Assembly (NCBI RefSeq): GCF_030684315.1
Contig: NC_081354.1
Span: forward strand, 128,999,314-129,063,313
DNA: 64,000 bases
From: Stegostoma tigrinum
Lineage: Eukaryota
Direction of reading: 5' to 3'
The notes under the pieces are model-generated. The model made no database searches and was not told where the DNA came from. It saw nothing but the letters and a program-made list of their open reading frames with translations. Both the position numbers and the translations under genes were made by a program. Below are positions 24,031 through 36,800 of this stretch, one piece after another; positions within the stretch are counted from its first letter, which is position 1; each line of letters opens with the position of its first letter.

Positions 24031-25440
24031 TCAATTCTAAGTTTAATCCTTTTACTCATCTGATGACAGTCTTTGAATTGCATTCTTATAATCTTCTTTT
24101 CATTTATTCCCATTCATGTGATATTGTCCACAACTTCAACTACAACAAAAGGAAATTGTTAATTGCAACATCTTACATCTACAAAAAAACCCAATGTAAA
24201 GGAGAATACCAAAGTATTCTTCCTGTGAAGCTATCAGTATTATCATTACCAGCTTAATGAAAAGTGAAAGTTGCTCTAGAGGATCATAGGCTGTTCTCTC
24301 ATGACAGAGAAATGATGGGTGATGGTTTTAACCAAAGACTCGTCATGCTTCATTCAAGGGGAAAATGTTGAAAAGGCAGGACTTTTGTGATGAGCTCAGC
24401 CAGTACAAGAAGTGGACCCACATTGACAGCATCATTCTGCAACACAAGCCTTAATAAGTGTGTCCAAGACAAAGGGACATTTTCTTGAACACAGCTTAAA
24501 ATTTTCAGCAGTTAAGGTCCACGTGAATAGATCCTATTCAGAATCTGTTCAATGATGTGTTCTGCATAACTTGTGCATTGTCACCAGTGCATTGCATTAT
24601 GAAGTGAGCAGTTCAACCAAAAAGGATGTTGTGAACTGTTAATGCAGGCAATCAGTACCATGGTGTACTGTAACTATATGTATGAAATTTGAGCATACTT
24701 GCAGGCATAAAGAATTTATGACACAATTTTGAAATAGAGCAGGGGATTTCTACTATGTTCCCCAGACCAATGTCTATCCTCCAACAAACATCATTAAAAC
24801 AGAATTTCAACATATTATCTCTCTTGTGTTTAAGGGATACTTATTAACTTTGACAATTCTCATGTTATAACAATGACTAAATTTCAGAAACATCTTGAAG
24901 TTATGGAAATCACATTAAAAGTGTAAATCTTTCCTCATTAAAAAATTAAGCTGCACCGGTTTTTCTCTATAATTTCTAATAAAAATAAAGAGTTAATTAT
25001 TCAGTTAGTTATTGTATTTCTGTTGATATTTTGCTGACATTTACAGCTTAGTGATTACAGCTCCACATTTTTAAATGTATAAGGAATAAGCTCTGCTTTT
25101 TCCCACAAAGCAACTGTGCAAATGGGCAGCATTATCATATATGCCACCTCTGTTACCGTAACAAATACACTGTACCTCACAAAGAAAGAGTTTAAACGTT
25201 GAAGTATCTTTCACATCTTTGGTGCATGTGAAAGACAGCAGAGGCACAATTACACACACATAAAATTTAATTACAAAAGGAAACAATACCAGAGGACTGG
25301 AGAAACAAGTAGATTCTTATGTTTAAAGGGGCAGGTAGAACACATCAAGAACTGTAGACCAATTTGCTTAATGTCTATGATCGATCGAGAGTCAGTTGCA
25401 AACGATAGTTAGCTAAAAGTTGCAAGGGGAATTAGAAAGA

Positions 25441-26291
25441 TCCAACCCCACCACACCCGGCACCTTCCCCTGCAACCACAGGCAATACTACACTTGCCCC
25501 CACACCTCCTCCCTCACCCCTATCCCAGGCCCCAAGATGACTTTTCATATTAAGCAGAGGTTCACCTGCACATCTGCCAATGTGGTGTACTGTATCCATT
25601 GTACCCGGTGTGGCTTCCTCTACATTGGAGAAACCAAGTGGAGGGTTGGGGACTGCTTTGCAGAACACGTCTGCTCGGTTTGCAATAAACAACTGCACCT
25701 CCCAGTCGCAAACCATTTCAACTCCCCCTCCCATTCTTTAGATGACATGTTCATCATGGGCCTCCTGCAGTGCCACAATGATGCCACCCGAAGGTTGCAG
25801 GAACAGCAACTCATATTCTGCTTGGGAACCCTGCAGCCCAATGGTATCAATGTGGACTTCACCAGCTTCAAAATCTCTCCTTCCTCCACCGCATCCCAAA
25901 ACCAGCCCAGTTCGTCCCCTCCCCCCACTGCATCCCAAAACCACCCCAGCCTTTCTCTGTCTCCCTAACCTGTTCTTCCTCTCACCCATTCCTTCCTCCC
26001 ACCCCAAGCCGCACCTCCATTTCCTACCTCACTAACCTCATCCCACCTCCTTGACCTGTCTGTCTTCCCTCGATTGACCTATCCCCTCCCTGCCTCCCCA
26101 CCTACACTCTCCTCTCCACCTATCTTCTTTTCTCTCCATCTTCGGTCCGCCTCCCCCTCTCTCCCTATTTATTCCAGAACCCTCACCCCATCATCCTCTC
26201 TGATGAAGGGTCTGGGCCCGAAACATCATCTTTTGTGCTCCTGACATGTTACGTGGCCTGCTGTGTTCATCCAGCTTCACACTTTATTATC
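25441..26291 (+). mobile_element. Penelope-like element 3' part (GIY-YIG ORF open to its stop, plus pLTR)
   Basis: ORF 25420..25968: FTCTSANVVYCIHCTRCGFLYIGETKWRVGDCFAEH...EQQLIFCLGTLQPNGIN; hammerhead-like CTGATGAAGGGTCTGGGCCCGAAACATC at 26200-26227. Confidence 0.92.
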
Positions 26292-26749
26292 CCCTTTTCT
26301 ATTTCACAGCATTCAATTCATCATTCATATAAAAATGTACATGAGTAGAAAAAGGCTTTACAGAAGTTAAATGTATTATTCTCAGCTATATTTGCCTGGA
26401 ACTAAAATTAAATCAAATTGGTGATTCGAATGCAAAAAGTTTCAAAATTTCCTCATCAGGTCCACACAAGACAAATAATGTTTACAGTGTCAAAATTTAT
26501 AAATGCACTAGGCAAACAGGGTGAGATTTTGTTGCATATAGCTTTTTGCTTCATTTTGTTTTCCACCTGAGTTAAATTCTGCAACCTAACAAAATGAAGA
26601 AATGTGTCAGATAATGCAATACTTAATCATAATTCCAGGGAAGTTCCACACTTAATTTATTTCATTTGGAAGTGCAGAAGTAATTGAGTTATGATAGTAA
26701 GGAATTTTAACTTCCTCAACATTAACTGGGATAGTTATTTTGTGAAAGG

Positions 26750-28365
26750 TTTGGAGGGAGCAGAACTCTTCAAATTCATCCCAAAAACCTTTTGAGTCAG
26801 TACATAAAAGACCCCACAAGAAAGGGTTTGGTTCTAGACCTAATTTTAGTTAACAAAGCTGGGTAATTTGTTGAAGTCTCAGTGGGACAGTTACTTGCAG
26901 AGGGCAATCATGACACTGTTAGCTTTAAAAAGACAAAAGGTAGGATCATCAAACCCTGTGAACCCTGAATATAAAGAGATATACCACATTGGATTAAGCA
27001 AAAAAGTGAGGTTTATGGCAGGTACTGAAGGGTAAAAACAATCGAAGCTGTACAGCAGTATAGAATGTATCAGAGGGAACTTAAAATACAGATTAAGAAA
27101 TCTGAAAGGGAATATAAAAGCACAGTGGCAGGTAAAATAAAGGAAACTCTTAAATTGTTTTACATGTGTGTTTTGGGTAGAAGGATAATGAATAGGTAAT
27201 TAAGAACCACAGTAGTAATTTATCCGTGGACCCAGATGATGCAGGTGGAGTTCTTAATGAATACTTGGATTGGTGTTCACTAGTGAGAGGGACAATATGG
27301 GTACAGAAATCAGGGAGAAGTTATGTGATATATCTAAGATAATATCAAAGATAAAGAGGCGATTCCGAATGGTCCAGCAGGCTTAAAAGTAGATAAACCT
27401 CCAGGGCCAGATGAAATGTACCCTACGTTGTTGAGTGCCACAAGGGAGGAAATAGCAGGGCATTTGCAAAAATTTTCAACTCCTCTGTGGCCACGGGAGA
27501 GGTGCCAGAGGATTGGAGGATAGCCAAACTGGTACAGTACTGCTAGTCAAGAAGAGAACAAGGATAAATCAAGAAACTACAGGATGTTCATTTGACCAGA
27601 GTGATGGGGAAACTGTTGGAATCAACTGAGGCACAGAACTAATCTGCATTTGGAGACCAAGGATTAATAAAGAACATTCAGTGTGATTTCCTTAAGGAAA
27701 AGACAAGTCTAACCAACCTGACTTAATTTTTCAAAGAGGTGACAAGGTATATTGGTAAGGGCAACGATTTGACACTGTTTACTTGTACTTCAGCCATGCT
27801 TTTGATAATGTTCCTCAAGGGAGATTGATGACAACAGTAAAAGCTCATGGGATCCAAGGAAATCTAGAAAATTGAATCAATGGCTGGCTGAGTGGCAGAA
27901 AACAGAGGATGATGTTTGAGAGTGTTCTTCCACTAGAAGTTTGCATCCAGTAGGGTTCAAAACAGTAAACTTTGGGCCCTTGCTGTTTGTGGTGTACATA
28001 CTTAAATAAAGACTTAAATTTAGGAGATTTGATGAGTAAGTTCACAGATGATACAAAAATTCATACAGTGGTAAATAATAAAGAAGACAGTCTTAGGCTA
28101 AAGAAGGATGCAAACAGGCTTGCCAGATGGGCTCATCAGTAGCAAATCCAGATAAATGTGAGATGATGCATTTGAGCAAGGCAACAAGGAAAGAGAACAG
28201 TAGGATCGTGAGAAGTACAGAAGATCAGACAGACCTTGGTGTGCATGTACATTAGTTTTTTCAGGTATCAGCACAAGTGGATAAGGTGGTTAAGGAAGCA
28301 TATGGTTAACTTGTTATATTAGCCAAGACATTGAACTTAAGAGCAGTGGGGTATGCCAGAATTGT
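26750..28365 (+). mobile_element. Old CR1 LINE ORF2 remnant
   Basis: Decayed matches to the younger CR1 copies (gataaacctccagggccagatg, gaggattggaggatagccaa, ttcacagatgatacaaaa, gataaatgtgagatgatgcattt); many stops. Confidence 0.85.
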
Positions 28366-30349
28366 TATACATAATTTAACCATAAATTCTGGAGAGAATG
28401 AGAGACAAGGCAGGGAAACAAAATTTAATTCCATGAATTCCGTAATTCAACTTGCTATGAACAGAGTATATTAGAAGGATACTGCATCACTTCAATAATC
28501 ACAGCTTGACCTGTTTACTTTCTTTCTAGTCAACTGAAGCTGAGGAATGCCTTTCACTCGACAAGTATGTCTCAGATGTTTCACCATCATAGTACTTGGA
28601 CTCTAATTACTGTAATTTTCCTTTTAATTACACTAAGTTATGCAATCAAGCATGACTCTCAAGTAAAATATTGTGGTTAATTTGCATAATTACAACATGG
28701 CATTTATGTTAATAAATCTTGCAAGACCATAGTTTCGTCTGATTTTGTTTATTTATCGTAATGTTTGTTACATAGACATTGTTTTGCTTGTTAACCTCTC
28801 TGCTTTCAATAATACATATCACACTAAGTTTGATGCTATTGCAGAATTGTCTGTGCTTAAAAACATCTTAATTACATCAAAGGGGAATAATGTAACGTTC
28901 AGTCCTCCAACTGGCACAGCGGTAATGAAAGCCTACCTTCTAAGGCCTGTTGGTACACAGGCATGAAAAGTGGGTAAATGTTCTGTAGTAGGTTCCACAT
29001 ATAATTATTATTCTGAGTATTAACTGTAATTGTAAATATAGTGAGTAACACACGTATTTAGTTTGCATCTTACGTAATATCAGATTTGAGCGACCAAATG
29101 CTTTTGTGATTTTATGAATAAAGTATAATTTGAGGGAAATTTTTAATTGGTATCCAATGACCCAATGCGCCTTCATTTCTTCGTATTGTCATGCTGGAAT
29201 TAAACGAGTGCTGGAACCTTTAGTCGGTGAAGGGAAATTCCAAAAACAGTTCCAAGATAGCCGACGACCCTCGGGTCAGAGTGTTTTCTGCTTTTGCTCC
29301 CTGTCAAGGTTGATCGGAGACGAGGGTTCCGCAACAGCCGACGAAAGGAATTGGAACCAAGGGAATCCATTGGCTACTTGTGAAATCCACAAGGATCAAG
29401 GTTTTCAACCTCACTACCAGATTCGATGCGTTTGTACCAAAGAATAACACCAAATGCAACTGCATTACATACATTTCAACATACTTGCTCTGATAGGCGT
29501 TAGAATGGTCTGTAGAGCCATTCATGGGCTTGAAAACCTAAAGAAATGATAACATCTGGAGTGATTTCCTCAGTTGGCGATTGCTTAAAGTCTCATTCCA
29601 TAGACAATATTTTATTCCAAATATATGTTAAATACCATTATCGAGTTGAGTCATGAATTTAGCCTTTATTATTTTGAGAAGTAATTACAAAACTTTGCTG
29701 AATATTGGAGGTTTTCAATTAAGTTATAATTTGGGACCTTAAGTATGCTTGACACCGCAATATGTTGCAGTGCGCCTTCCGCGTATACCGATCTGCTTCC
29801 AGTGATGACAATTATGTTCCCTATTTATTCTGGTATGAAGTCTATAATGACAGCTTGTGAAAGCTGATCCAATGCGACAGAAGTCATCATGTAAAGTAGC
29901 TGTTCAACTCTCCTGAGTGGCAATACAGTAATACAGTGAGCAGCCTGTGCTCTTAAGCATCTTCAGAAAGCAATTATTTTCCTAAGGCGATAAAAATAGG
30001 AGGTTCTATTTCTGTTGCAGTCTCGTTCTTTGACACTCAATAGCTTCAGTATAACTTGCCACAAATCTTTCCAGCCTTTTTTCCTTGTATCACAATATTC
30101 CGAATGACCAGCATAGTATTGGGATGCAATGTAACGCGAGGAATACCGGGCTACCTGAACAATGATTGACTATTTTTAAATACTTCCTACTTGTTCGATG
30201 TAATCAAGGAAGTAGCGATACTTTATCCCTGATCTTGTGTCAAACAGTACAGTAGAAACAGATTATATCAAATGGCTCTTCATGATGTAAAGGAATTGGA
30301 TTGGCTAGATAATAAAAACAAATTTTAAAAAAAACTGCTGGGAATATGG

Positions 30350-30635
30350 GGGAGGCGATGCCCTCGTGGTGTTATCGCTGGACGGCTAACCCAGAGACCC
30401 AGGTAACGTTCTGGGGAGCCCGGCTCGAATCCGCCACGGCAGATGGTGGAATTTCAACTCAATGGAATTAAGCGTCTAATGAAGACCGTGAATCCATTGT
30501 CGATTATAGAAGGGAAAAAAACTGTCTGGCTCACTAATGTGGTTGACTCTTAACTGTCTTCTGGGCAAATACAGATGAGCAATATATGCAGCCTCGCCAG
30601 CGATACTCTCGTCTCAATGAATAAAGAAAAATAAA
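30350..30635 (+). mobile_element. tRNA-derived SINE with L2-like 3' tail
   Basis: A-box-like cctcgtggtgttatcgctgg, B-box-like ggctcgaatcc, and a tail ending atgaataaagaaaa. Shares aatgtggttgactcttaa with the copy at 63848-63865. Confidence 0.7.
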
Positions 30636-30689
30636 ATCCGCAGCTTGAACAGCTTGATTACAAATCAGAGCTCGGTGTTCTGTCAGTAT

Positions 30690-32440
30690 TGGAATTCTGA
30701 AAGAAAATAACCAGTGTTGGAAATACTCAGCATGTCTGGCAGCGTCTTCGGAGAGGGAAACAAAGTTTACGTTTCAAGTCGACATGAATTCTTCAGAACT
30801 GAAGGGAAGTCGGAATTTGATGGGTTTTACACTGATGAGGCGAGGGATGGGAAGGAGAACAAAAAGGGAAACCTGGGATAGGCCTGGAGGGTAAATGACA
30901 AAGTATGGGACAAAAGGTAAAGAGAATGTTAATAATTATGATAAAGAAGCAAACCGTTGGCTGAAGTAAGTGTCAATGGCGAAATAATGAGCACCTCTGT
31001 CCAAAATCAAAAACAATAATAAAAAATGGATGCAAACTAGCAGTTGGCAATAAGAATCCAAATGATCTTGAAGCGGTTAAACTCAGCGTTAAATCCAGAA
31101 GGAGAGAAAGTGCTTTAAGAGATGAAATGCTGTTCCTTCAGTTTGGGTTGACACCCGCTGGAACACTGCTACAAATCTCAGTTAGAAATATGAAGTGTGT
31201 GAGCAACGGGTCCTGCTGGTGGACTGAGCAGAAGGAATGTAAAATTCCACACGTGGTCTCCACAGTGTAGAGGAGAGTTGTAAACAATGAATACAGTATT
31301 CTAGAACCATTCCTATCAGCACTTGAGCCTAACATAGAAATTGCTGAAAAAAAACTCATTAGGTCTGGAAGTGTCCGCGGAGAGAAAGCAGAATCGACGA
31401 ATCTGAAGCACTGAAGGCTTCATTGGTTTTGAAACTTGATCATTGATTTCTCTCCGCAGATGCTGCCAGACCTAGTGAGATTTGTTTTTCCCCAGCAATT
31501 TCTGTTTTTTGTTTCCGTTTTCCGGCACCCGCAGTTTTTAAAGTTGTTTTGTTTGGGTCTTGAGCGAATCTATGCCCACCGTGACTGCAGCAATTCAATA
31601 AGTCATCTCATCACCATCTTCTCCAGGACAATTGGGATTGGTCAATCAATTCCGGCAGAACCAAAATCACCCAGATCTGGTGAGCGATCAAACAGAAAAT
31701 GGAAGAACAGCAAATAAATCACTGTTTCACCTGGAACAACTTTTAAAGGACAATTGGACAGGTATAGGAAAAGGGAAGTTTCAGAAGGACATGGACCAAA
31801 CGCAGGCAAATTCGACTACAAAAACTTAAATTGATGGAAAAGCTCAGCAGGTCTGGCAGCATCTGTGGAGAGAAAAAAAAATCAGAGTTAACGTTCCAGG
31901 CGCAGTGACCCTTCCTTGGTTCTGATTTGCGGCATAGCAGTTCTTTGGGTTTTAATTTGGCAAATTCGACTGGTTTATTTTGGGATATCTGGTCAGCACA
32001 GTCGAATTGGATCGAAGGGTCTGTTTCCGTGCTCTATGACTCTGTGAAAGTCTTGCTGGCCTTGGACAATAGGGAGGGAGAAGGAGAAAAGACAGATGTT
32101 ATAGCTCCCGTAATTGAATGGAGAGTTGACAAGGCAAAGGCACCAATGTTGGGGCTGATATAGAAGCGACTTGGTATCACGGAGGGCAGGGGATGGGAGG
32201 GGAAGGGGGATTTTGTGGGGGGCGGGGTGGCTGAGGTGGTAGATGGTCGTTTATATGTGAAAGAGGATGTGATGGGAAGGGAGGACAAGCTCTGGGCAGT
32301 ATCTTTGGACAGAGAGGCAGAGTTCCCGCTTTAGCTCGTTGCCCTCTCAAAGTTTCCCCTTTCCACAGATTCTGCTGAGTATTCTCAGCACTTTCTGTTC
32401 TTGCTTCAGATTGACAGGAAGCGCAGTATTTTGGCTGTGG
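30690..32440. mobile_element. Cluster of older Penelope pLTR remnants (several inverted pairs) and a CR1 3' tail
   Basis: ctcagca.gtctggcagc.tct..ggagag arms on both strands (30725, 31355/31450, 31843, 32360). Minus-strand hammerhead-like AGTT-CTGAAGA...GAAACGTA-AACT at 30764-30800. CR1 tail gatcgaagggtctgtttccgtgctctatgactct near 32010-32043. Confidence 0.65.
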
Positions 32441-33794
32441 TCAGTAATTAAGTTTGAAGTACGTAACTCACATCAGAACTTAGTATGTTTAGTCATCAGT
32501 AATATGTCAACTGACATCTGGAACGTATGCTCTCTATAGTCAGCAGCGCAGTTCAAAGTGTTCAGTACTGCGTCTTCGGTGGAGCTTCCAGTTAAACTGC
32601 CCTGACCTGAACCGCAAAAATGGGTATCACTGCCTCGAAAACGAAGCTTTTTTTTACCCAGTATTATTTGAGCTGGCATTTCCTACTTAAGTAATGCATT
32701 CATATGACACAGTGAGTTTGTCTTCCATGCGCTGTTCTATATTTAATGCGAGAGGCGCTATCATTAAGTGATGTTAAAATAGCGCTGATGATTGACGAGG
32801 CCATAAAAATAATGTTTGCTGACTTTGTGCGATAAAACATCAATATAGGTTTGCTTTGTAACTTTTTTTATATAATGGACAACTGCTTATATAATACAGC
32901 GGGCTGTCTTATGGCGGTGTTTTGTTTATTTGCTCTGTTAGGTGTAATTTCAATAGCCCCAGCTGAATTTGTCCTAGATTGCTTGGAACAGCGTATTTTT
33001 TTTTATTTTAACCCTACGCTTGGACCGCCGAGGCCTGCATGTTTCACACTGACGAACGTCACCTATTTTGTATGCGAATTAATAGGCTAGATTCGTCCCA
33101 CTATTTTACTCATACAGGACTTTTTAAAGGACAGTGAATCGTCTACCTCGAAGCTTATAAACGGTATCAAATGTAAAAGCTGTCCCCCAATGGAGGAAAG
33201 GGGAGTAGTGTTGCAGGAATTGGCTGCGGACATAGAGGGCATGTCCGGCCACGATTTCGGTCGACAGCAATAACAAATGAATATCTATTGTTGGCTAAAC
33301 TCCTAGTGAACATGAGTAACCGCCAATAAAGAAAATAGTACTTTGCCATTCTAGTCAGGGACTCCGGATCGTACAGCTTTTTTTTGTTGGAGGGAGGGGG
33401 TTTGGTGGGTGGAGAGAATGTGGTGATGATATACGTGGGATTGGCCTGTAGAATGCTCCTGGTTGTTATCCCCCTATCCCTGCCTTGTTAAGGAAAAAAA
33501 ATTCTCACAGCGAGATGCTCCGGAAAATGTATGAGAAGAAATTCGCCGTTGTCCGCCATACTTCACACAATCCCAGTAGACCATCCCATTTTTTTAGACT
33601 TCCAGCATCTTCAGTCTTCGCCTTTTCCATTCGATCGTTTCCCGCTGTGTTTCTTTTTTACCCCGCTTGCTGTTTTTTTCTTGGATAAATTCCAAGTTTA
33701 CAATAGAAATCTATTCGCTGTATTTCTAAATTCCTGCTTAGTTTCACCACGTGTTGAGTCCACAGGCACCGGTATGGGGTCGGTGCGTTTGTAG

Positions 33795-33805
33795 GTCTGT
33801 CTGTC

Positions 33806-33838
<33 letters not shown>
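33795..33838. repeat. (GTCT)4(GT)14 microsatellite
   Basis: Directly visible. Confidence 0.95.
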
Positions 33839-33841
<3 letters not shown>

Positions 33842-36800
33842 GTGGATTTGCCATTAGCCCCAGCTCCCGATTAGCGCCGGCTATGATGTTAATAGCTCGG
33901 GAGAGGTCAGTGTCCCTTCCGCGCCTGGTTTGCATCTCTGTACCTGTTGGCTCTATCCTGCTTCCATCAAATAACACATTGTATTCTTGACATAACAAAA
34001 TAAACACCAGGTAACCCGACAGTAACAGTCAGGGTTAGGAAAAAATACTCAAGGGATAAACCAGCACTGTGGGCCTGGGGGCAACAACATATTCGTAAAC
34101 GTTTAGGCAACATTGATAAGCATGCTCAAGAATAAGGTTTATGTTCAGGCTAGTGTTGGGGCGAGGGAAATGCCCTGATACAGTAGTTTTCCACAAGTTA
34201 CAAGCCACACTGGAATGTCCTGATTTTGATCAGGTTGGCTGTAGTTAACCACCACTTCAGCTAGGCAAGAATTTTGTTTGCAGCTAACAGCTTAACAATC
34301 TGTTTTGACCTGCTAATGTTGCAAAAACAGCTAATTATGTCCAGTTACAGAAACGATCAACTGTCTGCTTTTTCCCGGCCTATGTTCTTAGTAAAGAACA
34401 TTTAATGCGGTGTCATTTGTAATGCTTTGTGCCACGGTGGTCGCCCTTACCAATATTTCCATGTTAAACTAACAACTTTCCTCCAACAGACACAGCGCAT
34501 TCAATATTAAAGTATCGAGTTGGTAAAAACAAAAATAACGTTTCTTAATGTACGGCAGGAAAGGCTGTACAGAAAAATTGCCAATTTTCTTTAAATGATA
34601 TTTGAAAAGTCTCACTATTTTACAGGTTTTTTTTCTTAAGGCCTATGGGTAGAGTTCAAGGTGATCCATAGGGGCTGAAGAAATACGAGTACGTTTCACT
34701 ATGAAATCTTAACATTTACAATTTAAAATGCCTAAAATGTGAAAAACTTTATGATCAATAGCCGGGCATGACACTTTGCCTGATTAATCTCACTGTTTAG
34801 ATGAGAATGGACAAAATCAAATGTCCAAACGTTGGATATCACTAGGATGTTGTTCGGGAGAAATGTGGACAGGTATATTAAGAAGCGAACAGAGAAGGAT
34901 ATTGGGAAGGGTGTTCATCTACCACCAACGCCCCCCCACCGCCGAACTGCATCCTAACTTTCGAAGGTTTCGTAGTACCTATTACTTTACAATACTGGAC
35001 ATTATTTTTTAATCAGAAGTACTCACCAGCTGTCCCGGTCTAAGGGAACTGGGGTATGTGTTGATGATAAAATTTGTGTTATGATATTCCTAACAGCGTG
35101 GTTAGTTTTAGTCAAAATAACCAAATTAAACTGAACCGAAAATCATTCCCTAAATGATCATGATTTGATGCCTCGTAATCTGCAACCTTTAAGATAAGCT
35201 TCATTTATTTTCAATACTTTCCTGCATGTTCTGATTGCACCCCAGTATAAATACAGTTCTTGGCCATCCATCCTGTAAATGGAATCAAGTACAAGTAAAC
35301 TACTGGGCAATGCATGAAATAAAATTGAAATGTGCTACTGGATCCTTTTGTGAGCTCTAAGGGAAGGAGGGCGGAATATTGAAGTTTATACTCGCAGTAT
35401 ATACATTTCATGTCGACTGATCAGAACAGTATGAAAAGGTTAGCAAAGTGAGAACGTAATTATTCTCTTGGTGTAAGTCTGCCATTGACAACAGTCTGGC
35501 TTGGTAGCTGTGTCCGTGTGAGCTATGGGTCCGCTTGTCCCGGAATGCCAGCTCCTAGCTCTGGGCATTGAGAACCTCTGTGAACTGATTCCTTTCTTAG
35601 ATAAGGAGCCGCCGAGAGTCCAGTTCTGTCTAGACGTCAGGACCTCACAAGTCAAACTTGTTTTGATTAGGCTTAAAGATACACCAACCTGTTTCAAACG
35701 TGATCCGCGCCACCTCAACCCTCCCACCTCCCCCCAAACCGCCCCCCCCCCTCCCGTTCTAACTGCCTTCCCCGCTTCCCACCACTCCCGACCGCGCCTC
35801 CAATCCCAGCCCCACACACAGTCTGAAAAATGGCAAGAAGAAACAAAACACATCATCTTCGTCTTCCGAGGTGCAGTTTGGTCCCCCGAGGCTGTATGTG
35901 TCACTAGGCAGATTTAAATGTTGTTTTCGCTTCTGTAAGATCTCCCTAAATATATAGAAAGCCCTGAGGCTACAGATACAATTAGCAGTTTCACAGTCTT
36001 AAAAGGGGCGATTTTAGGAAATGGACACCATTCTAATGTTAATGTAAAGGTATAAATAACGAATTACTTTACGATTACATTTTCATATTTAGAAGATAAT
36101 TTGACCATTTTGATTTCTCGGAAGGTATAACTTTAGTACAAAACAATTGATTTATTACAATCAGTATGTTGCAAGCTCTGTATATCCAAAGAAAAACGCT
36201 TCTGAACATTTTATAGATGAAGAAAGTCAGGGCAGCAATGTTACTGTGAGATACGAGGTTAGTGTTTGGTGCTTCAGAGAAATATCTTATCTCAGTTTAC
36301 AATCTCATTTGAATATCTGTCAAAAGCATTACTTTAAAACATTCAACACATAATTATGTTTTCGTTGTATAAGGGGTAATAATTATATATTTTCCAGTTA
36401 AATTAAATAGCTGGGTATGGTTTTTAAGTAAACATAAGAGATCACATTTGCAAAGGGGTGACTTCAAAAGAATATGATTTGCGGTTCACGGCCGAAAGTT
36501 GAAGGGAACGTAAAATGGTTCAGTGAAGACGAATTACAGCAAAAAAGGAGTAATTAATTGAAGCACGTGGAAATTTAAAAGAAATTCTCTTCCCTGTTTC
36601 ACCTTGTACAGTTTTCTTTTGGTTCGGAAGTCTCGTATACTGTGTAACATGTAGAGGGATCGTCCATCAAGTACTCGGACAGCAAGCTGTAAAGTTTGTT
36701 TTGGTGGCGCCTGAACTCAAACATTGTCATTCAGTGGCTTGTCCCACTATCAGGGCAAACAACACTGAGAACAAGAACCTCCAGCAGAAAAACGCAGGCA

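Noticed and set aside
28595-35830. Naming downstream elements as CREST1/CREST2 or the LF-SINE-derived ISL1 enhancer
   Set aside because: I cannot match their sequences without alignment, and in mammals these lie much farther from the gene; kept only as unnamed candidates.
35440-35917. Overlapping 130-154 aa ORFs as a novel gene
   Set aside because: Low-complexity GC-rich translation, no recognisable domain and no supporting exon structure.
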